Of a DNA stretch of 64,000 nt, positions 1 through 12,758 are shown piece by piece. The stretch spans positions 1,437,941 to 1,501,940 of the forward strand of contig BCIN01000003.1 in the NCBI GenBank assembly GCA_039545335.1, written 5' to 3'. The position numbers and the translations under genes are program-made. The notes under the pieces are model-generated. The model was not told where the DNA came from and did no database searches. It saw nothing but the letters and a program-made list of their open reading frames with translations. This stretch comes from Kondoa subrosea. Taxonomy: Eukaryota. Within the stretch, counting starts at the first letter, position 1. Each line of letters starts with the position of its first letter.

Positions 1-301
1 GGGAAAACTGTTTGCATTCATGCTAGCGTTTCGAGCCAAGTTGGCTGCTTGCAGCTGTTGTTGCTGATAAGCTTGACGTGCAGCATCAGGCATCTGTAAG
101 GTCGTCAGCCGTTGATCGAGGCAACAAAGATCGGAAGAAACCTACATTGCCTGTAGCTTGCTGATAGATTCCAGGCTGCTGGCCAGTGAAGGACTGAGCT
201 TGAAACATATTGTTCATGGCGAAATTTGCAGCTGGCTGGGAATTGTTCATCGCTGCAAAGTAAGCCTGAACAGAAGCATTGTCTAGACCATTTGTGTTCA
301 T
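1..301 (-). CDS. N/Q/A-rich low-complexity protein, 5' part only (runs off the left edge of the window)
   Basis: The ATG at 301 opens MNTNGLDNASVQAYFAAMNN...QQATGN. A GTAGGT donor follows, and Q-rich coding resumes (AYQQQQLQAANLARN) towards position 1. Confidence 0.5.
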
Positions 302-1671
302 GAGTGGCAGACTGTTGCCTAGAATAGAAGGAACTCGGCAGCGAGCTTGTAGTGAGCAGATTTAGGCAAGCATGAGAAAAGAGAAAGAGGCAGCAGCGGC
401 TGGAAGGTTGACTGAACAAGAAAGGGAGATGATTCGCAAGTTAATGGCTGGACTTGAAAAGCAGTGCAGATGGTTACTGGAGGAACTTGAGCTTGCTCGA
501 GCGTGCTTGACAGAGATTCCGATTCCAACCGTTCAAGATTAACAAAAGCAAGTTGCGCGGAGTATTCTTCTCTTGAGACCACGAGACGTTTCTTCTATTC
601 ACTCCTATCTCGCTGGATTGACTTGCACGACTGGCTGTACTGTTGACAAGAGAGAGAGATGTATGGTCAACGGTAGTCGAGAGGGACAGCATAACCGCGG
701 ATGGAGGGCCTGACTCCGGAAATCGGACCTCCGATTTGCTTTGAATGCTTCTGATTTCGCTGAATGGCTCTGTTTGATTCTGTGCTGCGATTCCTTGTCC
801 TTCAATTGCTGTTCTGATTGCCTCGGCTATTTTTATTTCTAGCCAAATGAAGCTGGAAATTATCCCCTTGTTCCGTTCGCTCATGCTTTGGGCAGCGCTG
901 TTATCGGTATTCGGTCTGTCATACACCGTCTGTTGATTGTAGCATGAGTTTTGATGTCTCGATCAGTCTGACCTGAAGTTCCGGACATTCCCTTTCATTT
1001 CTTCAGTGAATACAGCAGTGGCCGCGACGTCTGTACTCCCAGCACTTCCTCTTCGCGGGTCTCTGACAGGCAGGGCAAGGTCATGCGTCCGGTCAAGGTC
1101 CGCAAGATCTGCGTTCACCTCATCGTTCCTGCTTTTCGGTCGCTTGCTCACAATGCTCATTGGCTATCAATGGACAGTAGCTTCAGTCTCACTCGTGGAC
1201 ATCCTGTCGGTCTTATTCGGAGCTATAGAGAATATCAACATCTTCTCATTGATCCCACCAAGAAGCGACGGTCAGAGAACGCGTTTGTGTGCTGCAACTC
1301 GTTTGTACAATAGCAGTATACTTGAAATGACGAGATTCACGCATAAAAACACGTGTCTAATAACGGGCTGACGGCTTTTCAACGCATTGACCTTACTTGA
1401 CTATTTTTGCGCAGTGCAGCTCTTTCCTTACTTCCAACCACTCTCGTCCTTCACTCTCATCTCTCAAAAGAAGCCTCACAGTCGCAGGACTCGCCTTTGC
1501 AGACCTCTTTTAAACACAATCCGATCAATTTGACCAGACAGAGGTCCGCGTTTTCCTTTAATGTCAAATGTGGGATGTGCGCTAATCATCAAAGGCATTA
1601 GCTGTGCTCTTATCTCTTCTTGATCTTATAACGCTCAAAGCTTCCGTCTTACCCACTCATACTCCCCAAAA

Positions 1672-3645
1672 ATGAAAATTGCTATTCTTGCACTATTGGT
1701 TCCTACCCTTCTCCTTTCAGCTCAAGCAGCACCAAACGATGCAGGTCGTCGTCCAAACTCTCTCCCGGCGAGAGAACATATGGTCCGACGTGGAAACTCT
1801 TCTAAAGATTGGGCTAAAAACTCTCATGCTGCTTTAAGGATGGCTAGGAAACATCGAAAACGCGCTCCCATCCAACAACAACATACTCGTGGATCTATCC
1901 CTGGTATTGGATTAACTAACAATGTGGTTGGTATGACTCGTGAAAAGAGATCGGCTGGTGAAGAAAGTGGGTTGGATTAAAGGATTTCTGCTTGAAATAG
2001 ATTAGCTGACCCCTATGATGGCAGAGTTCGAATTCGATGGCTCTCATCGTAAGAGATCAGAGCAGAAAGAGGCCGGTTCTACTCAAGGTAGGGTTCTCGT
2101 CTGGTCCCTGCTATAAGTAGCTGATGACCAGACATGGCTTTTACAGAATTCCACTTCAAATTCGATCACAAGCGCGACGATCGGAACTCCAATGTGACAG
2201 ACTCTGGCTACGGAGGACAACAGCAACAAGGCGATGGATCTTCGTCCAATTCTGGAAATGATAACGGCGATCCTTCAAACAACGGTCAAGATGATTCTTC
2301 AGCCAATACAGCTTCACTAGCTTCGGGGAATGATTACAATGATTATGGAAACTCGGAAACAGCTTCGCCAGCTCAAGCGACTCAGACCAACGATTATAAC
2401 GATTACTCTAGCCAAGGCGGAAACGATTACACTACTTCCAGCTCACCAGCAGCTACAGGTCAAGCTTCTCCAAATTACAACGATTACTCTTCCTCTCCCT
2501 CGCCTGCTGCTTCTCCTTCGTCAAAAAAGAACAGTAACTCAAATTATGGCTCAAGCAATTCTGGATCGTCCAACAACAATAACAATGCCAATTCGGGCTC
2601 TTCGAACAATGGCAATTCAGGCTCAAGCGGATCTAACGCTGGCTCAAACAATGCTGCTTCGGATTATACTGGCTCAACTTATGATGCTCCGAGCGATAAT
2701 TCCAACTCGGGATCAAGTGGATCTGCTATGTCATCATCTTCATCAAACTCGAACAGCGGATCGGGATCTTCAAGCACTGATACATCAAGCAACAGTCAAG
2801 ATGATGGCGATGACGAAGATTGTGAAGGTCAGCTAGATTCATGAACATGCAATTTGCCTTGCTTATGCTGGATGGTATGTTGACAGACGAAGGCGACGAC
2901 TCTACAGCTGCCACTACTTCTACATCGAGTACAGCGAATGACGATGCTGAAGATTGCGATGATTCAGAAGATGATGACTCCTCCAATGTATCAGCTACCA
3001 TTTCTGTTGGAGGAGGATCGAATGACAATTCAGGCGATATTGAACAGGCTGCTTCCTCCTCTTCTAGCTCATCTGGGCCTTCTTCTACTGGAGGCAGCAC
3101 AGTTGGAAACGCTTTGTCCGGTACAGCTACATGGTATCAGCAGAAAGGCGTTGCAGGAGCTTGTGAGTCTGCAGGCTTTCCGATCAAGGCCGCTCGGCTG
3201 AGCGGTTGTGTGTAATTAAGGCGGTAACGTTGCTCAGGATACCGACAAAGTTGTCGCTTTGTTCACAAGCGACTACGCAAACGGTGCCAATTGCGGTAAA
3301 ATGGTATGTCGAAGTGTCCTTTAGTACATAATTGTTGGTCGCTGATGTCTATGCGCAGATCCAACTCACAAACACGTTCGTCCTTGGTATCTCAGCTTGA
3401 TATTGCATGCTGAAATCAGGTTACCGACGGACAGCGCAACTGGAGCAACTGTCACCGCTAAAGTCGCCGATGAATGCCCTACTTGCGAACAGAGCGGAAA
3501 CATTGATTTGAGCGAAGGGACTTTCGATGCTCTAGGATCTCAAAGTGCTGGTGTTTGTGAGTGACTGCGAATTCTAATGCTGTCTGCAAAGCTTAGATCT
3601 TTGGCCCTGCTCACAGTGCCCGTCAAGTGGTCTTACATCTCATAA
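1672..3645 (+). CDS. Secreted protein: signal peptide, Kex2-type dibasic sites, S/N/D-rich linker and a C-terminal RlpA-like double-psi beta-barrel (expansin/loosenin-like) domain
   Basis: Signal peptide MKIAILALLVPTLLLSAQAAP. The spliced C-terminus reads GTATWYQQKGVAGACG...VVAL...GANCGKMI...TVTAKVADECPTC...IDLSEGTFDALG...VKWSYIS*, a typical fungal DPBB domain. Confidence 0.85.
2329..2490 (+). repeat. Degenerate coding repeat of an NDYNDY-like motif in the secreted DPBB protein
   Basis: The translation contains GNDYNDY, TNDYNDY, GNDYTT and PNYNDY units spaced by ASPA/QAT segments. Confidence 0.6.
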
Positions 3646-3984
3646 GTATTTGAGGGGAAAATGGACATTTTGGGTCTTGGAAGAACACAAAACGAACAGA
3701 AGAGTACTGGTCTACTTTCTCTCTTCGTCAGACGAAATACGCAATCAACATACATTCATACGAAACAAGCGCAAGGAACAGAAGGGGAAATTACATTGTA
3801 GCATTGTAACATTCTTTTCGTTTCCATTAGTCATTCATTTTAGGTCATTTAGAGAGTTCAGTTTCAGTGAAATGCATTTACGATTCTTACTTGGGTCTCA
3901 TCTCCATTATTGGTCAGTGACGTGCATAGGACAATTCTATTCAATCTCAAGCAGATCTTATCATACAAATGCCTTGACTCTCGC

Positions 3985-5147
3985 TCAGTCAGACTCTTCT
4001 AGCACTTCTTTTAGTTCGCCAGATGAGATCCTGTGCAAGAGAGCGGCAGCGTCATTAGTCTCATAACGAGGCAGATATTGCGTCCACCGCACATTTCCTT
4101 AAGAATATCTAAGCCGCCAATCAATTCACCCTTGACGATAATTTGAGGGAAAGTAGGCCAATCATTCAATTCTTTCATATCTGTGCGATCGCACATCTAT
4201 TCTTAAGCTGATGACACAGCTTTAAGAATAGAACCGACGCACGTTGTCGAACATTCTCATCTTGCAAAATATCATACGTCTGATAAGCGACTTTTTGCTC
4301 ATTCAGTAGAGCTACAGTTTGTTTTGAGAATCCACATTGAGGTCTTGCAGGGTTACCCTTCATGAAAAGGACGACTCTATACTGTCCGTCCAATGTTCCT
4401 GAATCAGCCAAAAACTGATTTGCACAGGAGAATTCGAACGGACGGCATTCATTAATTTCTTACATCTTTCTGCTAGTTCTTCATCCGTTTCTGATTCCGG
4501 TGGTGCGGGTTGACGGAATTTAGCACTTTCATCAACTTCTTCCTCATCATCGTCGTCGTCTGATGCTGCAGGTGCTGCTCGAGCTGGTGGTGCGGCTGGT
4601 TTCTTAGAAGTAGAACTTTGAGGTTGCGCTATAAGTGATTGTAAGTGATTTAAGCAGCGTAAAAGAGCAGAGGCAAACGAACTGGTCGAGAGATTCAGAT
4701 GCTTTTCGATTGATTTAGATAATTGTACTGCTTGAGCTCCAGAAATTTGATCCAATAATGTATGTCCCTGTGCGGAGGCCCTCGCTAAGTTCACTTTCGA
4801 CAAAGAAAGAAGCTAACAAGGTAATCACGCACTCGCAGAATTACAAAATACGGCACGGATTCCACATCGAAAGACTCTGAGATTTCTGGTAATGCCTCAG
4901 CTTCGATCTATCCTTTCAATTATAAGCGATAGAACCCAAAGCAATTGCGCGATAAGTTGTTGTGACTCGCCTCGAGGAAGAGCGCTTTAGGATGTTTCTC
5001 TGCCAATTGTTTAGCTACAGCATCCATTTGTTTGCAAGGTTCAGCCCAAGTAGCTCTGAAATTCAAAATCGACAGTCGAGTGAGGTCTGCGCCTAGTTGA
5101 GCTTGCAAGTCATCCGATGAAGTGATTTCGACGTAATTCGGAGGCAT
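3985..5147 (-). CDS. GRX4: Monothiol glutaredoxin (Trx-like domain plus Grx domain), Grx3/Grx4 type
   Basis: N-terminal [11 protein letters not shown]rx-like motif, an acidic linker, then [22 protein letters not shown] and GELIGGLD. Confidence 0.95.
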
Positions 5148-5340
5148 TCTCTGAGGAGCGATGGGGGTTGATCTGATAAAAGTTTGTGGATATGGAGTGA
5201 GGCTTGGGTAATGTATCTACTTCTGAGATTGTAGGATGAAGCACCGCTGTTGCAAGAAGAGAATATTTTTGATCTGATACATCCAGTCGCCTTGCAGTGT
5301 GCAAGCGTGGCCTGCTGTGTAGATACCCCATTGTAGACGA

Positions 5341-6683
5341 ATGATCACGCTGGATGCGACCTGGCATCTAGCAACTTGGACGATTCTCTCACCTCTGTTC
5401 TCGATTCCGCTAGTGTTCATCTACGCAGACTACCTGTCCCTGTCTACTCGCTATGCCTACGTGTGCTGTACTGTGATCCTCTATGTACTTCCATGGATCA
5501 ATAACACGCTCGCGAATGCTTCTTGGCGAAGAGGTTTCAAAGGCTTGTTTCGAGCACATAAGCTAGATTGGTCAGAACATATTGTTGTCATCACGGGAGG
5601 TTCAAATGGGATCGGACAGATGATCGTCGAGATTCTGGCTTTGAAACGCGTTACGGTCGTCGTGCTGGATGTGACAGAATATACTGGACAATCAGGTTGG
5701 TGGAACAGCTTCCTGTGCATAGCCAAATGCTTAGGCAGCATAAACCCCCAACAGATGATGTCTACTACTATCATTGTGATGTATCGGATCGGAATCAAGT
5801 CTTTGAAGTAGCAGAAAACATTAAAGAAGAAGTGAGTTGGTTTTAGTCTATGCTAGATCTCAGCTAAGCATACGACCCAATTCAAAGATTGGAACTCCTA
5901 CCATATTGATAAACAATGCTGGCGTTGTGACCGCTGCAAACATACTTGATCAGTCCGAGAAAGATGTACTAAGGTAGGAGTGGCTTTGATCGACGAGACT
6001 CTCCTCGTGAATTGAAACCGTTTTCTACAGAACGTTCAACATCAATACTCTCGCACACTATTGGACCGCTCAAGCTTTCTTGCCTTCTATGATCGCTCGC
6101 AATATGGGTCATGTCGTATGTTCCTACCTCTTCTTTTGCTCTTAAGCTGAATAACATCAGGTGACAGTGTCTTCTGTCCTATCTCATATAGGCGCAGCTA
6201 CTATTGCTCCCTATTGCGCATCTAAAGCAGCAACAACTTCTTTCCACGAATCACTGCGAGCCGAAACCCGACCACAGTGAGCTTCCTTACCTTAGATTTT
6301 AGATTTCTGTATTCCATCTGAGGATATCGATAGAGCAAACAATATCAATTTCACACTCGTTTGTCCAGGAACGGTTTCCACCTCACTTTTCGCCAATAAA
6401 CGAAGCACAAAATTGGAGAATTTCTTAGGTCCTACAGTCGAACCACATCTATTAGCTATGAAGATTGTAGTTCAATTAGAGAGGGAAGAATCGGGTTATA
6501 TTTATACACCGCTTTATACGAGGTGGATGTGGGTTATGAGAGGTTTACCGGATTGGTTGAGCGATATGATTAGGAAGGTATGTAGCTCCGAAATTCAGAG
6601 CTTGCAGATGGCTAATGTGGCTAATGAGATGATAGATTGCGGGAATCGATACTGCTTTGGAAGGAATGAAGAAAAGCCAGTGA
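5341..6683 (+). CDS. Membrane-anchored short-chain dehydrogenase/reductase (retinol dehydrogenase / 17bHSD11-like)
   Basis: Hydrophobic N-terminus; VVITGGSNGIG; ILINNAGV; catalytic YCASK. Confidence 0.9.
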
Positions 6684-7078
6684 ATCGAAGCCCTCAAGTG
6701 CTGGTAACGCAAGATGATAGCGATCTCAGGAGTAGTCAGGCGCTCCAGGTTTGTCGTCAGGCAAATATACTTCAAGCAAAGTAAGGCTTTCTTCGCGCCT
6801 GCGTCATCGGTCACCAGCTGATGTTTTGTCGCTTCATGTTGGCAGTGTCACAATCATGCGCTCAGAGGTATTGCCAAAGAGCAGGGTATACTTAGGTCGA
6901 AGTTACCAAGACAAATTGGTCAATGCTGTCTCGGGTGCTGTAGCAGTGATAGCAATCGACAATGACCTTGACATCTTACTATAGGAACCGTCCTCGTGTA
7001 GCGCTTATACCCTTTTGAACACTTCGGCCTTGCTTCGTCTTTCGATGCTGAATCAGTGCTTCTTGTCAATTACCTGCG

Positions 7079-8563
7079 ATGGCTCCCTTACCGTCACTAG
7101 CGCTCACGATACACAATCGTACAAAGCAGCAGTGGAGCTTCTTCGCTGAGCAAGAGAAGCCTTCAATCTGCGAGACAAGCTCCTCTACAGTTTTGTATCT
7201 ATCTTCTTTTCCTCCATCTTGCTCTGCGCAAAGCTTTTCTTCTTCCCTCCAATTCTCTTTATCGAAGCGTCTGTATCGTCAAGCCAGACGCAAGCCTATT
7301 CTTCTGCCAATCTCGTCTGCTTCCAGTTGCTCTGTACAACTGTATTTGCGGCGGACGGCTACATCTATCGATCTACTGATCATCGATAGGTCCGTTACTT
7401 CGCTGAACCTGAAGCATGCGGCTGATCGCGCACCTAGTCATAACCTGACTTCCTGGATGGCAAGCTTGTCTGACGGTAGTCCAATTTCATCAATAGCAAT
7501 AGCTGGAACGCATGTTGGTCTTTTCTTCCTGCTCGCCGTTTTGTCTTCATATCTATGTAGGAATCTTGCGCCTTCTACGGAGCTCCTTTTGCGAAATGTC
7601 AATCCGGAATATCACTCTATGATCAGTTGTGCGGCGGGATCCGATTCATCGATCTACGGTTTTCAGTGAAAGATGGACAATTGAAAGCTTATCATGGCTT
7701 CTATCCGCAAAAAGCAACCGCTCAAGCTCTTTTAGAAGATCTATGTCGCTTTCTCCAAGATCACCCAAGTGAATGTGTTATAACCAGTATTAAACAGGTG
7801 AGGAATGCCTTTAGGTCTCATAGGACGCAAAACAGCTGAACGAATGATCAAGGAAGATGACGATCCACATTTCTTCGAATTGCTTAATCCCTTGATTCGC
7901 TCGCAAGAAGACAAATGGTACTATGGCAATACATTTCCGCTTCTGGGTCAAGTGAGAGGGAAAGCTATCCTTTTCTCCAGATTTGGCAGCAATCCGCAAG
8001 GTTAGCAAGAGTCTGGCAATTATATTACCGCAACGCTGATTGCATAGTTCTTTAGTTGGTCTTCATCCTGCTAGATGGTATGTCTGACATTGTAAGTGAC
8101 TATCAAGCCTGAGAAGTAGTGCAGGCCTTACAATCTCCCTGCCGTATTTGAGTACGAGATTGATGGAACAGAAGTTGAAACTCAAGACTGGTCAGTTGTT
8201 CTGCTCAACAGCTCATTCAATGATAGCCGACTCGTTCGCAGGTGCGAAGTCACCATGTTACAGATTCCGGAGAAGTTCAGACTTGTCTCTGACTTACTTC
8301 TTTCGCCTGTATCAAAACCTACTTTCAAGCTCAACTTCGCTACTGGCGCAGCATTTCTGACTGGGATGCCCTTCGTGATAGCCAAAGGTATAGGGATATC
8401 TTGGCTCGGTCTGGGCATCAAAGGAGTGAACGAGCGGATGTTGGAGCTGCTTTTTCAGCTAAAGATAGATCATCAGTCAGTCGCAGCATCTTGTCTGCTT
8501 TTCGATTTTGTACAGAGTCCCGCTGGTCTAGTACCTTTGATTATTAGTCTCAATAAATTCTAA
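7079..8563 (+). CDS. Phosphatidylinositol-specific phospholipase C X-domain protein (bacterial PI-PLC-like, PLC-like phosphodiesterase)
   Basis: WMASLSD..ISSIAIAGTHES, QL.GGIRFIDLR, AYHG, FLQDHPSECVITSIKQE, PLLGQVRGKAILFSRF. Confidence 0.85.
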
Positions 8564-8616
8564 TTTTTGGCTTGGATGTGTCATGCTATTGTACAATTGT
8601 CGATGTTTGAAAATTA

Positions 8617-9387
8617 TCATGATGTGAAGTAAGGATCTTGTTGATAAGATGTATATGCGGGTCTTTCGAGACTTTTGACTGCTGCGAGCTTGTCGAGGTT
8701 GATATCCTCTATCAGTGCCTCTGAAGAGATCTCGTCAGCCGAGATTTCGATCGCGCAGCGGACAGCTGACCCATAGAGGGATAGTTGTATTCAGGCCGCA
8801 CGAAGCCCAGTATCACAATCTTCAGGTGTTGTCCATAGAAATCGCCCGGAAATTCATGTAACACATGGACTTCCTGTGATCCATTGGAGCCGATTGAGAT
8901 GCTTTTCGCATCACACTAGCGCACCGACTCACCGCCGTCCGTTTCTCATTCTTGTAGTAAGGATTCCAACCTATACTCATAACCATGGGCAAGACCTCGT
9001 CATGCACATTGTTCGTCGAGTCCTTCGCGCTGAAAGCTACTTGAGCGTATCCAAAATGTACACCGGTCTGCAGTGTAGTCTTGTATGGCGCTATCGCAGC
9101 ATCAGGTAGATTCGCTGTCCTTGACACATCATGCACACTTCCCAGCGAAGTGCATGACAGATGTACGGACCTGTCGGGCAACCTAGATCTTTGCTCCCTC
9201 TCCCAAAGCCGCGCATTACTTCGCCTTCCATGTATACAGGGTAAGGTTTCTCTGGTCCTGAGTCGTCACCGCATATCAGATGTCGAGTCTTGCTGCTCGT
9301 CGGCACTTGAACAGGTGTAGGAGCTCTCGTGTGCTCTCCATTCTCTTCCTGCAGCGATTGTCGGACTGCTTCTACCGTTGAAGTCAT
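8617..9387 (-). CDS. FMN1: Riboflavin kinase
   Basis: [59 protein letters not shown]. Confidence 0.95.
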
Positions 9388-9564
9388 CGCTTTGGGTCAA
9401 GAGGACCCAAACTTCGAAACTTGTACGTAAGCAAACATCATCCTGATCGAGCATGCCCAGTAATATGGCGGAATGGCATACTGATCGACTTCATTTACAT
9501 ATAGAGCTTTTTACATGGCACTCTTCAAATTTCAAGATTTCAGTTTATATCGACGCTCTCGATT

Positions 9565-11026
9565 TCATTGCGGCTCCTCGACAGCAAATTTGACAACACC
9601 TTGCACAACAGCTCCGCCCATCTGACCATTATCAGACCAGGAGAAGCCCTGAGGGATGTGAAAATGAGCGAACGGATGAGTGAAGGCAGATCTGAGACAT
9701 ACCAGTTCACCTGCATTCCAGTCGCGGGACCAAACGTGAGGGAAGATGGCATATCGCCTATGAACAAGAATGAGGTGGTATCGATGGCCATATAACATTG
9801 GTACTCACATCGCATCAGGCTTGAAGAATCCAGGCGCTTTACCCAAATTTTCAACAGCCCAGGGTCCAGTAGGTTGATAAGCCCATCCCATGAGTATATT
9901 TCCATCTCCGTAATTGTTGCAACCAAGCATCATGAAGGGACATCCACCCGGGCCGCATCCAGGCATTTTGACAATCGCACCTTGACCTAATTCGTTCAGC
10001 ACTTGACCTAGATTTTCTACTCCAGGGAATTGCTGAGTCCATTGACCATCTTTAGTCCAGTACTCGTAGTTTGAACCTTTGGAAGGATCTGAATTCGCTG
10101 CAACTCTAGCCATATAATTGGTCATTTCGACAGATCCGAGACAGTAGATGTAGCCATCGGTAGAGACGACAGCTTTGTGACCGAATTGAGGATATTCCTT
10201 AGGGAAGATTCGTTCGTCTGGCATTGTGCGTTCTGCTTTGACATGATGACCATCTTTCAGAGTTACACGAGCTACTCGAACTCCGCTACGATCCAGCCTT
10301 CAGATGTGTACCGCAAGACATATGATACTGGACGTACTGGTTTTGTCCTTGCTCTCCACCATGAGCTTCAGCAACATCGAAGTATAACCATCCAGAACCG
10401 CTGCCTTTTGGTTCGTCTTCTACAAATCCACCAAATGGCCAGCAGGTCTAGAATATGCAGCAATTTAGCACACTCTAGTCAAAAGCCAAAGGTAGGTCGA
10501 ACTCACCTTCCGCCAATTCTCTTGCTCATGCTGCTTATCAAAAGCCTTCTCTTCATCAGTTTGAGGTATGAAAGGAGGTACTTTAGTCTGACTGCAGCAG
10601 TAGGCTGAATTGCAAGGTTCGTTTGGGTTTGGGACGTGAGCTACTGAATTGTTGGAAACTCCGCAGAAATCGCCCTTTTTGTCAAAATGATAGGCATCAC
10701 CAAAGAGGTAGAAGATTTGATTGCCTAGTTCGAAAGATCTGCCTATATCTCTTGGACATTTGCAACCTCGAGCTATGTGTGAGAGGAAGAGATTACGTAA
10801 TATGAGAATTGGCATGTGAACATCTGGATAAAGAGAGCTTACTGTCGACTACTTCGCCAACTGTCTCAATACTCTTCACTTGTGGAGGCCAGGAGATACG
10901 CATTCGAGGTGCAGAATGAGCAGGAGCGGAACTTGGAGCGGATGCTGCTGCTGGAGCTGCGTGGTCTGCAGGCTGGCCCTCAGGCTGATCTTTGTTGCCG
11001 TGCTTAAAGATATCTTTGAAGTGCAT
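9565..11026 (-). CDS. Conserved fungal protein with a probable beta-propeller (DUF4185-like)
   Basis: PRDIGRS..LGNQIFYLFGD, DGYIYCLG, YMARV...YEYW, AYQPTGPW, YPH.W, SWS motifs across several exons. The family assignment comes from motif recall only. Confidence 0.55.
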
Positions 11027-11324
11027 GATATATTGGTAGTAAGAAAGCAAGACAGGGCGTCACGAGCTAGTAGACGTCAATAGCATTTTCGGTGACTTTG
11101 CACGAGGAAGTTGTCTTTGCTCGGCGGAGAACCTACATAGGAGAACCTCTCGCGAAGCAGATGCAGAGCCATCAAATCGCGAGAAGCTCAGAATCAGTCT
11201 TTCTTTAGCGCCCTTATACGGATCAAACCAAATCAAATGCAATGCAATGCCAAAAATGCTAAACAGATTCAATGTTCTTGTATTATAGAAATGTCCTTGA
11301 TGATGTATGTAGAGTACAGGCCAT

Positions 11325-12464
11325 TCAGAAGATAGAATTGATGATTCCAGAGCCAACAGCTGATCCAGCTCCGAATCCTAAAATCATAAAGCATCAGTAT
11401 CAGTCTATAGCGGTATTCCAATCTGAACTTCACCTAATCCTCCTACACCGGCATGAGCGACTGTATAGCCCAACCAAGAAAACACAGCAATGAGCACCGC
11501 TTCCCGCAATTGAGTACATGAACGCACGAGTATTCTTCAAACCTGAAATTTTATTCTTCGGTGCTGGTTCTACTATAACTTGTTGAGGCTGTTGAGCAGA
11601 AGGGGCTGCATACATCTGTTGTTGTTGAGGTGGTTGATGATGGAATTTCTGGTCCACAGGATAAGCTAAAAAAGAGTAAGAAGAATATTACATTGGGATC
11701 ATAATGCCTCCTTGAGAGGGAGTAAGGGGTTTGAGCATACCATTTTGCCCGTGTACCATTGTATTAGATAAAACAGGTTGATCCAACATCTTTTCCACGT
11801 CTGGCGGACCTGTCAGCGCAAGACAAAGGAGAAGGAGTATAGTACAAACGATTGGTTGGGAACAAGCCTTCATTCTGAGTTGCAGTATGTCGACCTCTCC
11901 ACCACTGTACATCCATTACCCTCTCAGTACAGGGACAAAACCTAGATTGATATGGCAGACATACATGTTCATTCTCCTCATGCAACACCTCAATTACATC
12001 TCCTTTGACGAAATTCAGATCTCCTGTCGAGTGCAACTGCTTAATCAGACGAATCTGACAAGAAGCAAATGCAGACTGACCAGGTGTAGCTGATTCATAA
12101 TTCCACAAAGCTCTAGCCAATACTTTCGGCGGACCTTGAACAACAGCCATCTGAGGTACAGGAGCCATCTTCGGAGCAGGTGGAGGTGGGACTATCCTGC
12201 CCTGAACTTGTACTAATGAATTATTGCTGGATGCGACTGGTAGAGCATGCTGTGCTATTTGCGTCTGAGTTGACGTTGTCGGTACTGGCAATCTAGATCG
12301 GATGACAGCTGCATCTGTACTCGTCGCAATCATTATAAGGACAGAGAAGATGAGCAGAGCTTGAAAGAGAGCGGACCATTTGGTTGCAAGCGCTGCAGTT
12401 CGACTAGTAAGTCCAGATCTGCTTGAATTCTTTGCACAATGTGATCAATCAGACGAGCTTCCAT
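11325..12464 (-). CDS. SH3-domain protein, Lsb1/Pin3-like
   Basis: ARALWNY...DLNFVKGDVIEV...WWRG...GLFP SH3 domain, a P/Q-rich segment, and the typical C-terminus GFGAGSAVGSGIINSIF*. Confidence 0.85.
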
Positions 12465-12758
12465 TGGTGCGTGATGTCTTGTGATGGCCAAAGAAGAAGA
12501 AGGCGAAAGTTGATTATAGCACAGCCGAACGCGAAAGTCAGCGTTGGACGTCAACATCCGCGGCACCCAATATCGAAAGATATACGGCACAGATGGTAGT
12601 CTGAAGACTCTAGTATTCTGATATGCAAAGGAGAGTCCATGAAGTATGAAGGATTATGATACAATGAAATAATGTTACAAGTTTGGAAGCCAATGCCTTG
12701 CATAGCGATGAGATTTGAAGAGAACTGGTGCGCGAATGCTGTTGTCGTCCTGAAATAG

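Noticed and set aside
319..1371. Several medium ORFs on both strands upstream of the partial gene at 1-301
   Set aside because: No recognisable motifs, and I could not build a consistent splice model. They may be a long 5' leader, uORFs or additional exons, but this is unsupported.
3650..4066. 138-aa plus-strand ORF
   Set aside because: It starts at TTG, is AT-rich, and spans the convergent 3' UTRs and the antisense strand of GRX4; it is probably non-coding.
1672..9387. Possible riboflavin cluster (DPBB proteins are sometimes labelled 'riboflavin aldehyde-forming enzyme', near FMN1)
   Set aside because: That label is a loose family annotation, and the intervening genes are unrelated.
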